From: Octopus bimaculoides
Taxonomy: Eukaryota
Assembly: GCF_001194135.2 (NCBI RefSeq)
Contig: NC_068983.1
Span: 120,817,438 to 120,850,348 of the forward strand
Direction of reading: 5' to 3'
DNA: 32,911 nucleotides
The position numbers and the translations under genes are program-made. Shown here in pieces: positions 21,236-32,344 of the stretch. How positions within the stretch are numbered: the stretch's first letter is position 1; each line of letters begins with the position of its first letter. The notes beneath the pieces are model-generated. The model saw only the letters and a list, made by a program, of their open reading frames with translations. It was not told where the DNA came from and searched no databases.

Positions 21236-22037
21236 TATATATATATATATGTGTGTGTATATATATATATATATATNNNNNNNNNNNNNNNNNNNNNNNN
21301 NNNNNNNNNNNNNNNNNNNNNNNNNNNNNNNNNNNNNNNNNNNNNNNNNNNNNNNNNNNNNNNNNNNNNNNNNNNNTGGAGTGGTAAAATCGCTGGTGCG
21401 TCATAAAAAAACTAAAAATAAAAACCTTGTGGTATTTAATTACGTTTGTTTACATTCTCAGTTCATATCCTACCGGTGTTGGCATAGCCATTTATACTCT
21501 GGGATCGATAGTTATCTATCAAGTATTGTTGTCAATTTAATAGGCTATACTCCTCCCCAAATATATATGGCTTTGTACCTATATCACAAATCAATATATT
21601 GCATCTGTACATAACAAGGCATTGCAGATGCGTAATTGGTGCGTCTCACACAAATAGCCTTGAGGCATTTAATTACAATCCTTTACGACATCAGTCTAAA
21701 TTTCCCTGATGTCTACTTTGCTTTTTATCTGTAGAATTTTGTTAAAAAGCAGATAATAGTCATATACAGGATCAACTGAAATGTGTTCCCCCAGGTATTA
21801 TTGATTTTGTATCAAATTTCAATGCTATGTAATACATCCTTATGAATTTGCATGGCGTACTTACTCCTGTGGTACGTATTAAAAACTCAATGAACTGCAC
21901 CGTTAAGAATTAAGTACCTCGGTTACAGATAAAGCACATCAGACACAACAGGTTAACTTTTTTGACCGTGTGCTTGATACATTTCGAATCATCCATTTAT
22001 GACATTAGACACTTCTTCTGTTATTAGCCCACATACT

Positions 22038-22250
22038 GGTTTAAAATTTTGGCACGAGGCCAACAGTTTGGGGAAAGGAGCTTGTCGATTGCATTGACCC
22101 CAGTGTTCAACTTGTACTTATTTTATCGAACCCGAAAGGATGAAAGGCAAAGCAGACCACGGCGGAATTTGAACTCAGAATGTGAAGACGGACGAAATAC
22201 CGCTAAGCATTTTGCCCGGCGTGCTAACGATTCTGCCAGCTCACTGCCTT
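22038..22250 (-). mobile_element. SINE family A, full length
   Basis: Complete head, body and tail; flanked by TATTAGCCCACATA / TATTACCCCACATA. Confidence 0.92.
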
Positions 22251-22265
22251 GTATTACCCCACATA

Positions 22266-22452
22266 TTCTTTTTTACTGCAGGCACAAGGCCCGAAATTTT
22301 TGGAGAGGGGGAGGGGGCAATCGATTAGATCGACCCCAGTACGTGACTGGTACTTAATTTATCGACCCTGAAAGGATGAAAGGCAAGGTCGACCTCGGTG
22401 GAATTTGAACTCAGAACATGAAGACAGACGAAATGCCGCCAGCTCGCCGCCT
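22266..22452 (-). mobile_element. SINE family A with another tail type (CTGCAGGCACAAGGCCCGAAATTTTTGGAG), internal head deletion
   Basis: Body GAAAGGATGAAAGGCAAGGTCGACCTCGG; flanked by GTATTACCCCACATATT / GTATTAGCCCACATATT. Confidence 0.9.
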
Positions 22453-23049
22453 TGTATTAGCCCACATATTATCTATCTTTTTTATTGTTTCTTTTCTTAT
22501 GCCTACATATAGACTGCCTATTACAACTGGCCCTTAAGTCACGATCAGAGCTAAATAAAAAATTTGGTTCATCGATCCGATTCCCAGAGAGCTAAGGATT
22601 GGCCCGTATCCATTTGCCGGGCCTCTCCCCAAAACCGTGCAGTCCCTTAAATTTTGAAAGGACTCCACATTCCGGGGCTTAAAAGCTTTCTTTTTTTTCT
22701 TTTTTGTTTTTCGGCTAGCTAAATTTCTCTCGGAGGCCCAGAAATTAATTAAATATATGTTATGCATATGAATGCGGAGATTAAAAACACGTTTGATTTA
22801 GGCATGTCTTTGGATTTGGAAAAGCGTTCCAACCATAGCCATTCCGTCTTCCTTAAAAGTGCTCTGACAGGGAAATCTAATTTAATATCGATCCAACCGT
22901 GACCATTTAGTCTTTTCAAGAGCGTTCCAATTGTGATCATCTTTTTTTTTTCCTAAGTCTTGGATAATATAGTCCGGGCTGCACAAAAAATAAAAGGCGG
23001 GGTGGTCATATCTGGAAAATCTTCGAGAATCGGTCTGCTGGAACAGAGC

Positions 23050-23290
23050 TGAACTGGAGCTGGTGGTGGTTCTCAAAATGAAGGTGATGTATAGGTGGCG
23101 TGCTATTTGGAATAATGGAAAAGTAGAATGCATAGAGGTAGTGGTGCTGGTGGTGGTAATGAAGATTTCAACAGAGAATTGTAATAAGGCAGCATGTGGT
23201 GATGGTGGTGGTGGAAATGATGATGATGAAGTGAATGTTGATGAAGTGGGTGCATGTATTGGTTGAGGAAGTAATGACGATGTAAATATT
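23050..23290. repeat. Degenerate (GGT/GAT)n tract
   Basis: Direct reading. Confidence 0.8.
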
Positions 23291-23456
23291 GTTAGAGTTG
23301 GTTTGAGTTGGGTCGGCTGACTTGGTGTTTGAGCAGAAAAGGCTATAAAATCCCAAAGAACTGCCCTATGCGCACGCATATATACGCTAACAACCCAACT
23401 CACAAGCAAAGACACATTCATATATACGTACACCTCCCTTACATTCATAAAAAGAC

Positions 23457-23746
23457 TGGCACTCGCTCGCTTACGACGACGAGAGTTTCAGTCCGATCAA
23501 TGGAACAGCTTGCTCGTGAGATTAACGTGTAAGTGGCTGAGCACTCCACAGACACATGTACTCCTTTATATACTTCTCAGAGAGATTCAGCATGACAAGA
23601 CTGGCCCCTTGAAATACAAGTACTACTCATTTTTGCCAGCTGAGTGGGCTGGAGCGCCGTGAAATAAAGTGTCTTGCTCAAGGACATAACGTGCCATCGG
23701 GAATCGAACTCGCGAGCTGAATACCCTAACCACTAAGCCACGTGCA
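23457..23746 (-). mobile_element. SINE family D, variant 2 (D head with a C-type 3' half)
   Basis: 23457-23600 matches 12993-13150 (GGCACTC..TCGCTTACGACG..CCGATCAA.GGAACAGC.TGCTCGTGA.ATTAACGTG.AAGT.GCTGAGCACTCCACAGACAC). 23625-23746 matches 13501-13640. Confidence 0.88.
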
Positions 23747-23749
23747 TTC

Positions 23750-23945
23750 ACTCATACATACATGCATACATACATACATACATACATACATACATACATC
23801 GCCATTATCACCGTCATTAATTATCACTATCACCACTTTTATCATCTTCAAAATCATTCACACTATCATCACCATTACCAAGTCTTTAGTGTATCACAAC
23901 CATTATGGTCAGCACCAACCTCATTATCAGCACCATTTTTACCAG
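23750..23945. repeat. (TACA)n followed by a degenerate (CAT/CAC)n tract
   Basis: Direct reading. Confidence 0.85.
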
Positions 23946-23954
23946 CTTAAACAC

Positions 23955-24515
23955 CTTCCCTACCGGCTTCAAAGAAGGCAAATGTTATTTCAACTGCAGA
24001 GATGATGCCCTCAGTGTTTTGGGACACAAAAGGTATGTTTATCTTCAAAAGAGCTACACCATCATCAGAGAGTACTATGTCAACTTGTTGAAGCAGTTAC
24101 GAAAGGTTATCAACACCACATGCTCAGAAAAACTGACGAAGAGGATCTTGTTTCATTAGGACAATGCTCCAACACACACGTTCTTGCTATCAATGGCTAC
24201 TGTACGTGACTATGACTTTCAATTGGTTGATCACCATTCCTATGCGCCTGATTTGGCCCCATCTTACTATCATCAGTTCCTCTACAGGAAGAATCACTTG
24301 GCTAGGAACCACTATCACAGTGATGATGTTATATCTGCTGTTGATGACTTTTTGACCAACAGGGTGAAAGCTTCTCTACTAGTGGGATCCAAGCACTGCA
24401 GCGCTGATGGAGGAAGTGTGAACCGCAAGGGGGTGGGGACTATATTAAAAAATAAACCTCATTTGGTGATATTTCACGAGAGTATCTTAGTTAGCCTATG
24501 AACTTTTCAGCTGAT

Positions 24516-24517
<2 letters not shown>
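23955..24517 (+). mobile_element. Mariner relic, transposase C-terminal half with 3' TIR (irritans/Hsmar2-like by resemblance)
   Basis: SVFWDTKG...YTIIREYYVNLLKQLRKVI...KLTKRILFH*DNAPTH...VDHHSYAPDLAPSYYHQF (YSPDLAPSDY motif)...DDVISAVDDF; terminal CCTATGAACTTTTCAGCTGATCCT. Confidence 0.92.
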
Positions 24518-24520
<3 letters not shown>

Positions 24521-24562
<42 letters not shown>

Positions 24563-24570
24563 TGTGTGTA
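24521..24570. repeat. (TG)n microsatellite
   Basis: Direct reading. Confidence 0.98.
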
Positions 24571-24682
24571 GTCAATTCAAATAAACAAACAATTTAAAAA
24601 AAACAGAAAAAAGGAAAAATAACGAACGTGTGGACGTGCACACGAAATATATTGATTTGACACTCGTTGAAGGGAGAGAGTT

Positions 24683-24722
24683 GTTGTTAACGCTTCGAGC
24701 ATAGCTCTTCGTCGGAAACAGA
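24683..24722 (-). ncRNA. Degenerate minimal hammerhead-like motif
   Basis: Minus strand UUU-CCGACGA-A-GAGC-UAU-GCUC-GAAG-CGUUA-ACAAC. Stem II hairpin is intact; the core differs from CUGANGA/GAAA at two positions. Confidence 0.45.
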
Positions 24723-24949
24723 GGAGTCAAAAGAGAAAGAAGGAAAAAAATAAGGGAAAATCACCAATAGTNNNNNNNNNNNNNNNNNNNNNNNNNNNNN
24801 NNNNNNNNNNNNNNNNNNNNNNNNNNNNNNNNNNNNNNNNNNNNNNNNNNNNNNNNNNNNNNNNNNNNNNNNNNNNNNNNNNNNNNNNNNNNNNNNNNNN
24901 NNNNNNNNNNNNNNNNNNNNNNNNNNNNNNNNNNNNNNNNNNNNNNNNN

Positions 24950-25133
24950 TGTGTGGTCGCGTGCGTTTGTGTGGAAGCGTATGTATGTATGCTAGCGTGT
25001 GTGTGAGGCAGTAACTGCGTCTGTGAGTATGGCAGTAACTGCGTGTATGTGTGTGTGGTAGCGTGTGTGCGTGTGGTAGCGCGCGTGTGTGTGTACGGTA
25101 GTAATTCTGTGTGTACTTGTATTTGTGTTAGTC

Positions 25134-25181
<48 letters not shown>

Positions 25182-26402
25182 TAGAATCTGTGTGCAAGTA
25201 TATGCCACTCTGAGGGGTCAATCATAAGTCAGCAGCTATAGTGAAAAGTGTGTGAATGGATGGATGTGGTTGTGTGTGTGTATGTATATGTGTGTCTTTG
25301 CATGTGTGCGTAGACGGAGTGGTCAACAGTGAGTGAGCGGCAGACTTGAAGGTGTGTAAATGAGCGGGTGTGACTGTGTGTGTGTGTGTGTGTGTGTGTG
25401 CACATATGTATGGGCGCTTGTGTGTGTCTTTCTCTCTGTGTCTCACTCTGTCTCTCTTTATATATGCACATATATGTGTGTGTGCGTGTGGGTATGTTTG
25501 TGTCTTTTTGTGTGTCATGTGAGTGTGTGTGGAAGTGTATGCATGTGTGTGTACATGTGTGCATGTATCTTTGCGTTATGTGTATGTGTTGTGTGTATGG
25601 AGGGTTGTGTATGTGTGGTGTGTATGGAGGATTGCGTGTGTGTTTGTATGAGTCGACTGTGTATGTGTTGGGGGTAGGATTTGTATGTGTGTGTATATGC
25701 CGCACTGAGAGGTCAATCATAAGTCAATAGCTATATTGAAAGGTGTGTAAAAGGGTAGTTGTGTGTGTGTGTGTGTGTGTGTGAAGGGTTGTATGTGTCG
25801 GAAATATATGTGCGATCGTGTGTGTGTATGTGTGAGTGCGTGTGGGTTCGTGCGTGAGAGGGAGAGGGGTTGAGGTGGAGTGTGTGGGGGGTGCGTTGGT
25901 GTAGCTAAGGGGGTGGGTATTATATGTGCGGGTATGCCTGTGTGAGGGCGTGTGTGCGAGCGGATGTCTGTGTGGTGTTTGTGTACGTGTGTGCGTGCGG
26001 TGGTGTGTGGTTGGCTGTGAGAATGGTGTTTGATAGGGTATAAGGGGTGTATGTGGGCGTGGGTTTGTGTGTGGTTTGTGGTAGGGTGTCAGTGTGGTGT
26101 GTGATAGGGTGTAAGGGGCGGAATGACAAGAGTGTGTGTACGTTGGTGTTGTTATTAGTGTGTATGCGCTTGTTGGTGTGCATATGGATATGTGTGTATG
26201 TATGAGTGTGTGTATATGTATATGTGCGTATGAGTGTGTGGGAGGCCTCTATGTGTATGTGTGTGTATTCCTCTATGTGGGTGTGGGTGTCGCCGTTCAT
26301 GTGTATGTGCATGAGTGTGTATGGAGGTGTGTAGGTGTGTGCGTATATATATGAGTGTGAGTGCGTGCGTATGATGGTGTGTGTTTGAGTGTGTGTGTGT
26401 AT
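24950..26402. repeat. 1.45-kb TG-rich complex microsatellite / low-complexity region
   Basis: (TG)n, (TGTA)n, (TGCG)n mixtures; source of the many HTHT/CVCV pseudo-ORFs. Confidence 0.95.
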
Positions 26403-26599
26403 GTGAAGAAAAAGTAATTAAAAACACAAGTTCAAAAATAAAAACATGAGAAAACAAAGAAATAAAAAAAATTTTAAAAATAGATAATAAAAAAGTAAAA
26501 AAGTTAAAATAATAGAAAAGTTAAAAGATTATATAGATAAATCAGTAACAGAAATAAATTTTAAAAATAAACAAATAAAATAGAATAAAATGTTTTTTA

Positions 26600-27148
26600 A
26601 AAGGAGGTGGATTATGTTGAGTCCGTTAGGAGTTCGAGTACGTAGAGGGAAAATGTAGCGCTGTTCCAGACGGAGTCAAGAATTGGTGGATCCTTTGTGT
26701 AGTGCAAGGCCGAAGGCGATGAAGTCTGAGGTGGAGTGGCCGGCCAAGCAAAAATGACGAGCGACGGGGCTGTTTTTACGTAGACGAACGTCTCGAAGGT
26801 GTTTCGGTGAACCAAGTCGGCTAGCCGACGTCTCGTCTGATCAAAGTAAAGTTTATTACAAAGATTGCGCCTCATACAGTAAATAGGGCTTGAAGAAGCG
26901 CAGGAGAAGGAGTTCCTAATGTAGAGGGTGTGCTAGTTGGAGGTGGTGTCGGTGATGAAAGGACAGGTGTGGCAACGGGGTCTGGAACAAGTGAAGGATC
27001 CGGGTTGGGTGTCAATGGAGGAGGGGAGGGAGCTACGAACCAGTAGATTGCGTAGGTTACGGGCGCGTTTGAAGGAGGGCAAGGGTGGGTTGGGGGAAAT
27101 AGAGAGGATGGTGGGATCTAGCTGGAGACGACGGAAGGCCCGCAGGAT

Positions 27149-27151
<3 letters not shown>
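26600..27151 (-). mobile_element. Penelope-like element (Neptune-like) remnant: RT C-terminal end, Cys linker and GIY-YIG endonuclease; 5'-truncated
   Basis: KILRAFRRLQLDPTILSISPNPPLPSFKRARNLRNLLVRSSL...GSFTCSRPRCHTCPFI...FSCASSSPIYCMRRNLCNKLYFDQTRRRLAD/TEHLRDVRLRKNSPVARHFCLAGHS...LRLEQRYIFSLRTRTPNGLN. CxxxRCxxC linker and terminal GLN motif; stops and a frameshift are present. Confidence 0.9.
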
Positions 27152-27185
<34 letters not shown>

Positions 27186-27746
27186 TAAACTACATGTATA
27201 TTTTGTTTGTGTGTTTCTATGTGTGTGTGTATGTGTTTGCGTGTATCTATATATGTGTGTGCATGTGTGTGTGTATTGGGATTACGTAAAATCTGTTACA
27301 AATATACACATAGGCGGGCACACTCTTTGCAACAGTCAACATACATACATACATACATTGAGTGTGTGGGACAGTGAGCGCTATTCTAATATCACCAGGA
27401 TACTGTACACGCAAGTAGGAATCATTCACCATCAAAGCACGTACGTATATACGCACTAACAGATAACGGATGTTTACTCTCACATAGAGATCGACGCACA
27501 AGATCTAATTGAAAATCGGCTGCAATATCCTGTTCGACAATATACTTGAAATTGGTGCCATTTAGTTGTATTTACTCCCTAGCTTAAAATACAAAAGATA
27601 ATCAGAAATATTCCATTCCACATCAATTAGAACAATAAATTTATTTGATAAAATTATTATGTCTTTTGTATAAAAATCTTGAAAATTTCAAATTATTAGA
27701 GAGTGCAAACAGGTCGTGAATATATTTTAAGAATAATATAAGAGCG

Positions 27747-27749
<3 letters not shown>

Positions 27750-27815
<66 letters not shown>

Positions 27816-27852
27816 TTATGATATATATATGATGCATATATATGTATATATA
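27750..27852. repeat. (CA)n(TA)n compound microsatellite
   Basis: Direct reading. Confidence 0.98.
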
Positions 27853-28461
27853 NNNNNNNNNNNNNNNNNNNNNNNNNNNNNNNNNNNNNNNNNNNNNNNN
27901 NNNNNNNNNNNNNNNNNNNNNNNNNNNNNNNNNNNNNNNNNNNNNNNNNNNNNNNNNNNNNNNNNNNNNNNNNNNNNNNNNNNNNNNNNNNNNNNNNNNN
28001 NNNNNNNNNNNNNNNNNNNNNNNNNNNNNNNNNNNNNNNNNNNNNNNNNNNNNNNNNNNNNNNNNNNNNNNNNNNNNNNNNNNNNNNNNNNNNNNNNNNN
28101 NNNNNNNNNNNNNNNNNNNNNNNNNNNNNNNNNNNNNNNNNNNNNNNNNNNNNNNNNNNNNNNNNNNNNNNNNNNNNNNNNNNNNNNNNNNNNNNNNNNN
28201 NNNNNNNNNNNNNNNNNNNNNNNNNNNNNNNNNNNNNNNNNNNNNNNNNNNNNNNNNNNNNNNNNNNNNNNNNNNNNNNNNNNNNNNNNNNNNNNNNNNN
28301 NNNNNNNNNNNNNNNNNNNNNNNNNNNNNNNNNNNNNNNNNNNNNNNNNNNNNNNNNNNNNNNNNNNNNNNNNNNNNNNNNNNNNNNNNNNNNNNNNNNN
28401 NNNNNNNNNNNNNNNNNNNNNNNNNNNNNNNNNNNNNNNNNNNNNNNNNNNNTATGATGTG

Positions 28462-28797
28462 AAGGCGCATGGCTCAGTGGTTAGAGCGTCGAGCATACGA
28501 TCGCGAGGTTGCGAGTTCGAATCCCGGACCCGGCTGCGTGTTGTGTTCTTGAGCAAGACACTTTATTTCACGTTGCTCCAGTTTACTCAGCTGTAGAAAT
28601 GAGTTGCGACGTCACAGGTGCCAAGCTGTGTTGGTCTTTGCCTTTCCCTTGGATGACACTGGTGGTGTGGAGAGGACAGGCCGGTATGCATGGACGACTG
28701 CTGTTTATGGAAATGAACAACCTTGGCCGGACTTGTGTCTGGTAGGGTAACTTCCTAGGTGCAATTCCATGGTCAGTCATGACCGAATGGGGTCTCA
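28462..28797 (+). mobile_element. SINE family D, variant 3 (distinct 3' half)
   Basis: A box TGGCTCAGTGG, B box GTTCGAATCCC, shared central GTGTTCTTGAGCAAGACACTTTATTTCACGTTGCTCCAGTTTACTCAGCTG; tail CATGACCGAATGGGGTCTC. Confidence 0.88.
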
Positions 28798-29895
28798 GCA
28801 TATATATATGATGTTCTGTTGATGATCTCATGAGCTAGCTTTCTTTATTTCCAAAAACTTCTGCATATACATTTGTATTCTACAATGCCTAGCATGCATA
28901 TTAATGCAAACATGTAAACATAATTTTATTCCCCGCTGAAATTATTACTACAGGAAGAAGGCTGCGAAACGGCCGTAATTTTAATGATGTCAAGTGGTTA
29001 AATAAATATATTCATCTCTCATACCTCCTGACTTATGGTTGATATACTCCTCATGGAATAATTTCATTGATTGGATCTGGCTTTCAGCTGCATGGACACT
29101 CTGCGTTATACTTCTCAGTGGTTGATAGCCGTGTCCGTTAGAGGAGCTTCATGCGATAGTTACACGATTCTCTGAATTTACATCTTATACTTTTTCAACA
29201 TTAACATTAACACACACATACATGCGCATACCAACCATCTTCACACTCTTCTATCCCCAAAACCACTTTTTCTTTCTCCTTCCACTTCCGGTCACATCAG
29301 CATTAACAAGATCAAAATAAGATAACATGGATACTTCAAACTCATTAAAATAGATTTGTCAGGCCATTTAAATATTTCCACTTTGGTTAATTGTACATAC
29401 ANNNNNNNNNNNNNNNNNNNNNNNNNNNNNNNNNNNNNNNNNNNNNNNNNNNNNNNNNNNNNNNNNNNNNNNNNNNNNNNNNNNNNNNNNNNNNNNNNNN
29501 NNNNNNNNNNNNNNNNNNNNNNNNNNNNNNNNNNNNNNNNNNNNNNNNNNNNNNNNNNNNNNNNNNNNNNNNNNNNNNNNNNNNNNNNNNNNNNNNNNNN
29601 NNNNNNNNNNNNNNNNNNNNNNNNNNNNNNNNNNNNNNNNNNNNNNNNNNNNNNNNNNNNNNNNNNNNNNNNNNNNNNNNNNNNNNNNNNNNNNNNNNNN
29701 NNNNNNNNNNNNNNNNNNNNNNNNNNNNNNNNNNNNNNNNNNNNNNNNNNNNNNNNNNNNNNNNNNNNNNNNNNNNNNNNNNNNNNNNNNNNNNNNNNNN
29801 NNNNNNNNNNNNNNNNNNNNNNNNNNNNNNNNNNNNNNNNNNNNNNNNNNNNNNNNNNNNNNNNNNNNNNNNNNNNNNNNNNNNNNNNNNNNNNN

Positions 29896-30300
29896 CAATT
29901 TTTCACTTTTTTTTAAAGAAATCTTTTTGGCGAAATACGTAGAAAAATACGAAGATTATGATTCTGAGAAAAAATTCAATTTTTCAAAAAAAAAAAAAAT
30001 AATAATAATGAACCCCCTCCTCTCCTACTAAAATAGCAGACATAAAAAGTATCTAAACAGAAAACTCAACATGCTAGAATCACGTAAGAATAACCCCGTT
30101 GCCCGTCATTTTAATTTCCCCCACCCACCTTTTTTTTCTTTGCCAAAATTAAAATTTTGAAAACATGTTTTGAAATGTCGATTTCTTTGGAAACGCATTT
30201 TGAAATGCCGATTTTTTGCAGATTTTGAACTCCGCAGTCGAAAATGTGAGGTTCTGTAGAAAAAAAAAAAAAAACCAAAGGGGATTCGGTCCATGTCCGC
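29896..30300. repeat. Unclassified A/T-run-rich segment, possibly a non-autonomous DNA-transposon fragment
   Basis: Two 30-bp tandem units (30161-30190, 30191-30220: AAAC..TTTTGAAATG.CGATTT.TTG). TIRs not identified. Confidence 0.3.
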
Positions 30301-30302
30301 CA

Positions 30303-30388
30303 AAATAAGTACCAGTTGAGCACTGAGATCGATGTAATCGACTTATACCCTCCCCAAAATTGTTGACCTTGTGTCAAAATTTGAAATC
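30303..30388 (+). mobile_element. SINE family A 3' fragment
   Basis: AAAATAAGTACCAGTTGAGCACTGAGATCGATGTAATCGACTT...GTGTCAAAATTTGAAATC. Confidence 0.85.
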
Positions 30389-30406
30389 AATATGAATAAT
30401 GTGATT

Positions 30407-30609
30407 AAGGCGGCGAGCTGGCAGGACCGTCAGCATGCCGGCACCATGCTTTGTGGCATTTTGTCCGTCTTCATGTTCTGAGTTCAAATCCGCCAAGCTC
30501 CACTTTGCTTTACATCGTTTTGGCGTCGATAAAATAAGTACCACTGGGGTCGATGTAATTGACTTACCCTTCCTCTGAAGTTGCTGGTCTTGTGCCATAA
30601 TTTGAAATT
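30407..30609 (+). mobile_element. SINE family A, full length with an 18-bp TSD
   Basis: AAGGCGGCGAGCTGGCAG head; TSD AATATGAATAATGTGATT (30389-30406) / AATATGAATAACGTGATT (30610-30627). Confidence 0.92.
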
Positions 30610-31264
30610 AATATGAATAACGTGATTCTGAAAGCTTTTATTTTCATATTTATTTTAAAATATTATTGATAAAGATGGTACATATATCTATTTACGTGAA
30701 CGAAACTTTAAACAATCTTTTCGATCGATCTAAAATATTAGTAAAAATCTTGAAAATTAAAAATTTTAATACATTTTCAGAAACGTGTTACTTTCACCTT
30801 GAATCTGTCTTTACTCAAAACTTGAATGCCTATCTATCCATCTATCTATCTATTTCTACAACTCACATTCCCTTCTTGCTCTTTTTTTCTATTCCCATCT
30901 TTAATCTTGGATTCTCCTTTTTGCCACTTCTGATCATGTGCCTAAATAAAACTGACTTCCGATGTCATAACTATGCTGATGCAGCAATAACAATTTTAAA
31001 AACATGAAGGAAATATTGTTCACATTATAACATATCAAAGTACATTCATATTTCACTATCTTATAATTTTCCACTTTTCTAATAAACGTTTAAAAGATAT
31101 TTCATTAATGTTTTTATGTTTTATCTACATCTTTCATATTTTACTATTTTGTAAGTTTACTGTATCTTTCTGTAAATGCTAGCAAGCCTGCATTGAGCAA
31201 TGTACACCCACATATAAAATAAAGTGAGACAGTATACATATTACAAAATCCAGAAGATGCAATA

Positions 31265-31420
31265 TAGCTAACTGGCTATGAAGTTCCTTTCACAACCATT
31301 AAATCCTGGGTTCGATATCACTGTGTGGCCTCTTGCACAAATTTAATTTTCTATTGTTTCAGATCAAACGATACCTTGTGAATGAAGTTCGGCAGACGGA
31401 AATTGAACATCCGGGTGGAT
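31265..31420 (+). mobile_element. SINE family B, degenerate 5' part
   Basis: CCTGGGTTCGATATCACTGTGTGGCCTCTTGCACAA...ACCTTGTGAATGAAGTTCGGCAGACGGAAATTGAA parallels the reverse complement of 4130-4230. Confidence 0.6.
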
Positions 31421-32344
31421 GTGCATGTAATTCATAATTTACAGCCTGATCACATGGATTCTGATGGAGACTTACGTTCAATTACTTGTGTCTGTGGTAT
31501 GTTCAGCTACTTATGCATTTATTCAAGAGCAGCTAATTTATTTGATTGAAAACAAGTGAATTTTCATTATCTTCCGATGGAGATCTACTGCACAAATTAA
31601 AAGAAAACCGCTTGGCAGACACTTTGTTGGATTTCTTTTTTTTTTTTTTGTGGGTTACAAATGGCGGATATCAAAAGACAATGAATTAGAGTTTACCGAA
31701 GTTCAAATTTCGGCTTACTTTTTTTCACTTATTTTGATTGGGTAATAAAGTTTTTCTATAAATATATCTTTTTAGATAAAATTGTCTATAAAACTAAAAA
31801 CTATATAAAGGAGATATTTTTTTGTTTTCATTAGTGACTATATTAGCCTCTGACCGACCCAATTAATTTTTTCTTAAATTGTGTGACCTGATTTTATTTT
31901 ATATCACCGGGTAAATCAAAGCATATGAAAGCCGTTCCTAGGATGCATGAATTTGTTTTAACTTGGTTAATTGAAGAATATCAAAAGGAAACGCCAATAT
32001 ATATCAATAAAAATTGTTTGGACTGGGTGGAACATATATTAATTACTGTACACACAACATACTGGAAGTTTAAAATGCATTTTATTCTTGTTTCATTACA
32101 AAATCCATATATGTGTAACAGCCACAGTATTTATTACTCACAATTCATTGAAATGTTAAGTCATCGACCGCATATATATATATATATATATAATACAAAT
32201 AATATGTGAGTGTATGCATATGTACGTACATGTATGTACATACCTACATCTACATGTAATTATTGATGCATATCTGGGTACAGGACGTCACATAAAAAAC
32301 GTGGACAAAATGAAAAACAGAAAACAAACAGGCAACATAGAGAA

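Larger units (their letters stand above)
244..29895. other. Twelve assembly gaps (N runs) scattered through this span
   Basis: N runs at 244-343, 1152-1340, 5752-6193, 14309-15002, 16342-16462, 17856-18755, 19361-19370, 19702-20380, 21277-21376, 24772-24949, 27853-28452, 29402-29895. Most abut microsatellites or repeats. Confidence 0.99.

Noticed and set aside
24727-26457. HTHT/CVCV-rich ORFs (also 17525-17845, 27211-27501, 32444-32904)
   Set aside because: Translations of dinucleotide microsatellites.
1087-29942. Long ORFs in the track that consist mostly of X
   Set aside because: They only appear open because they run through N gaps.
31925-32209. 94-aa ORF MKAVPRMHEF... (also 30666-31007 and 7245-7550)
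   Set aside because: No recognisable motif or splice support; composition is typical of random AT-rich ORFs.
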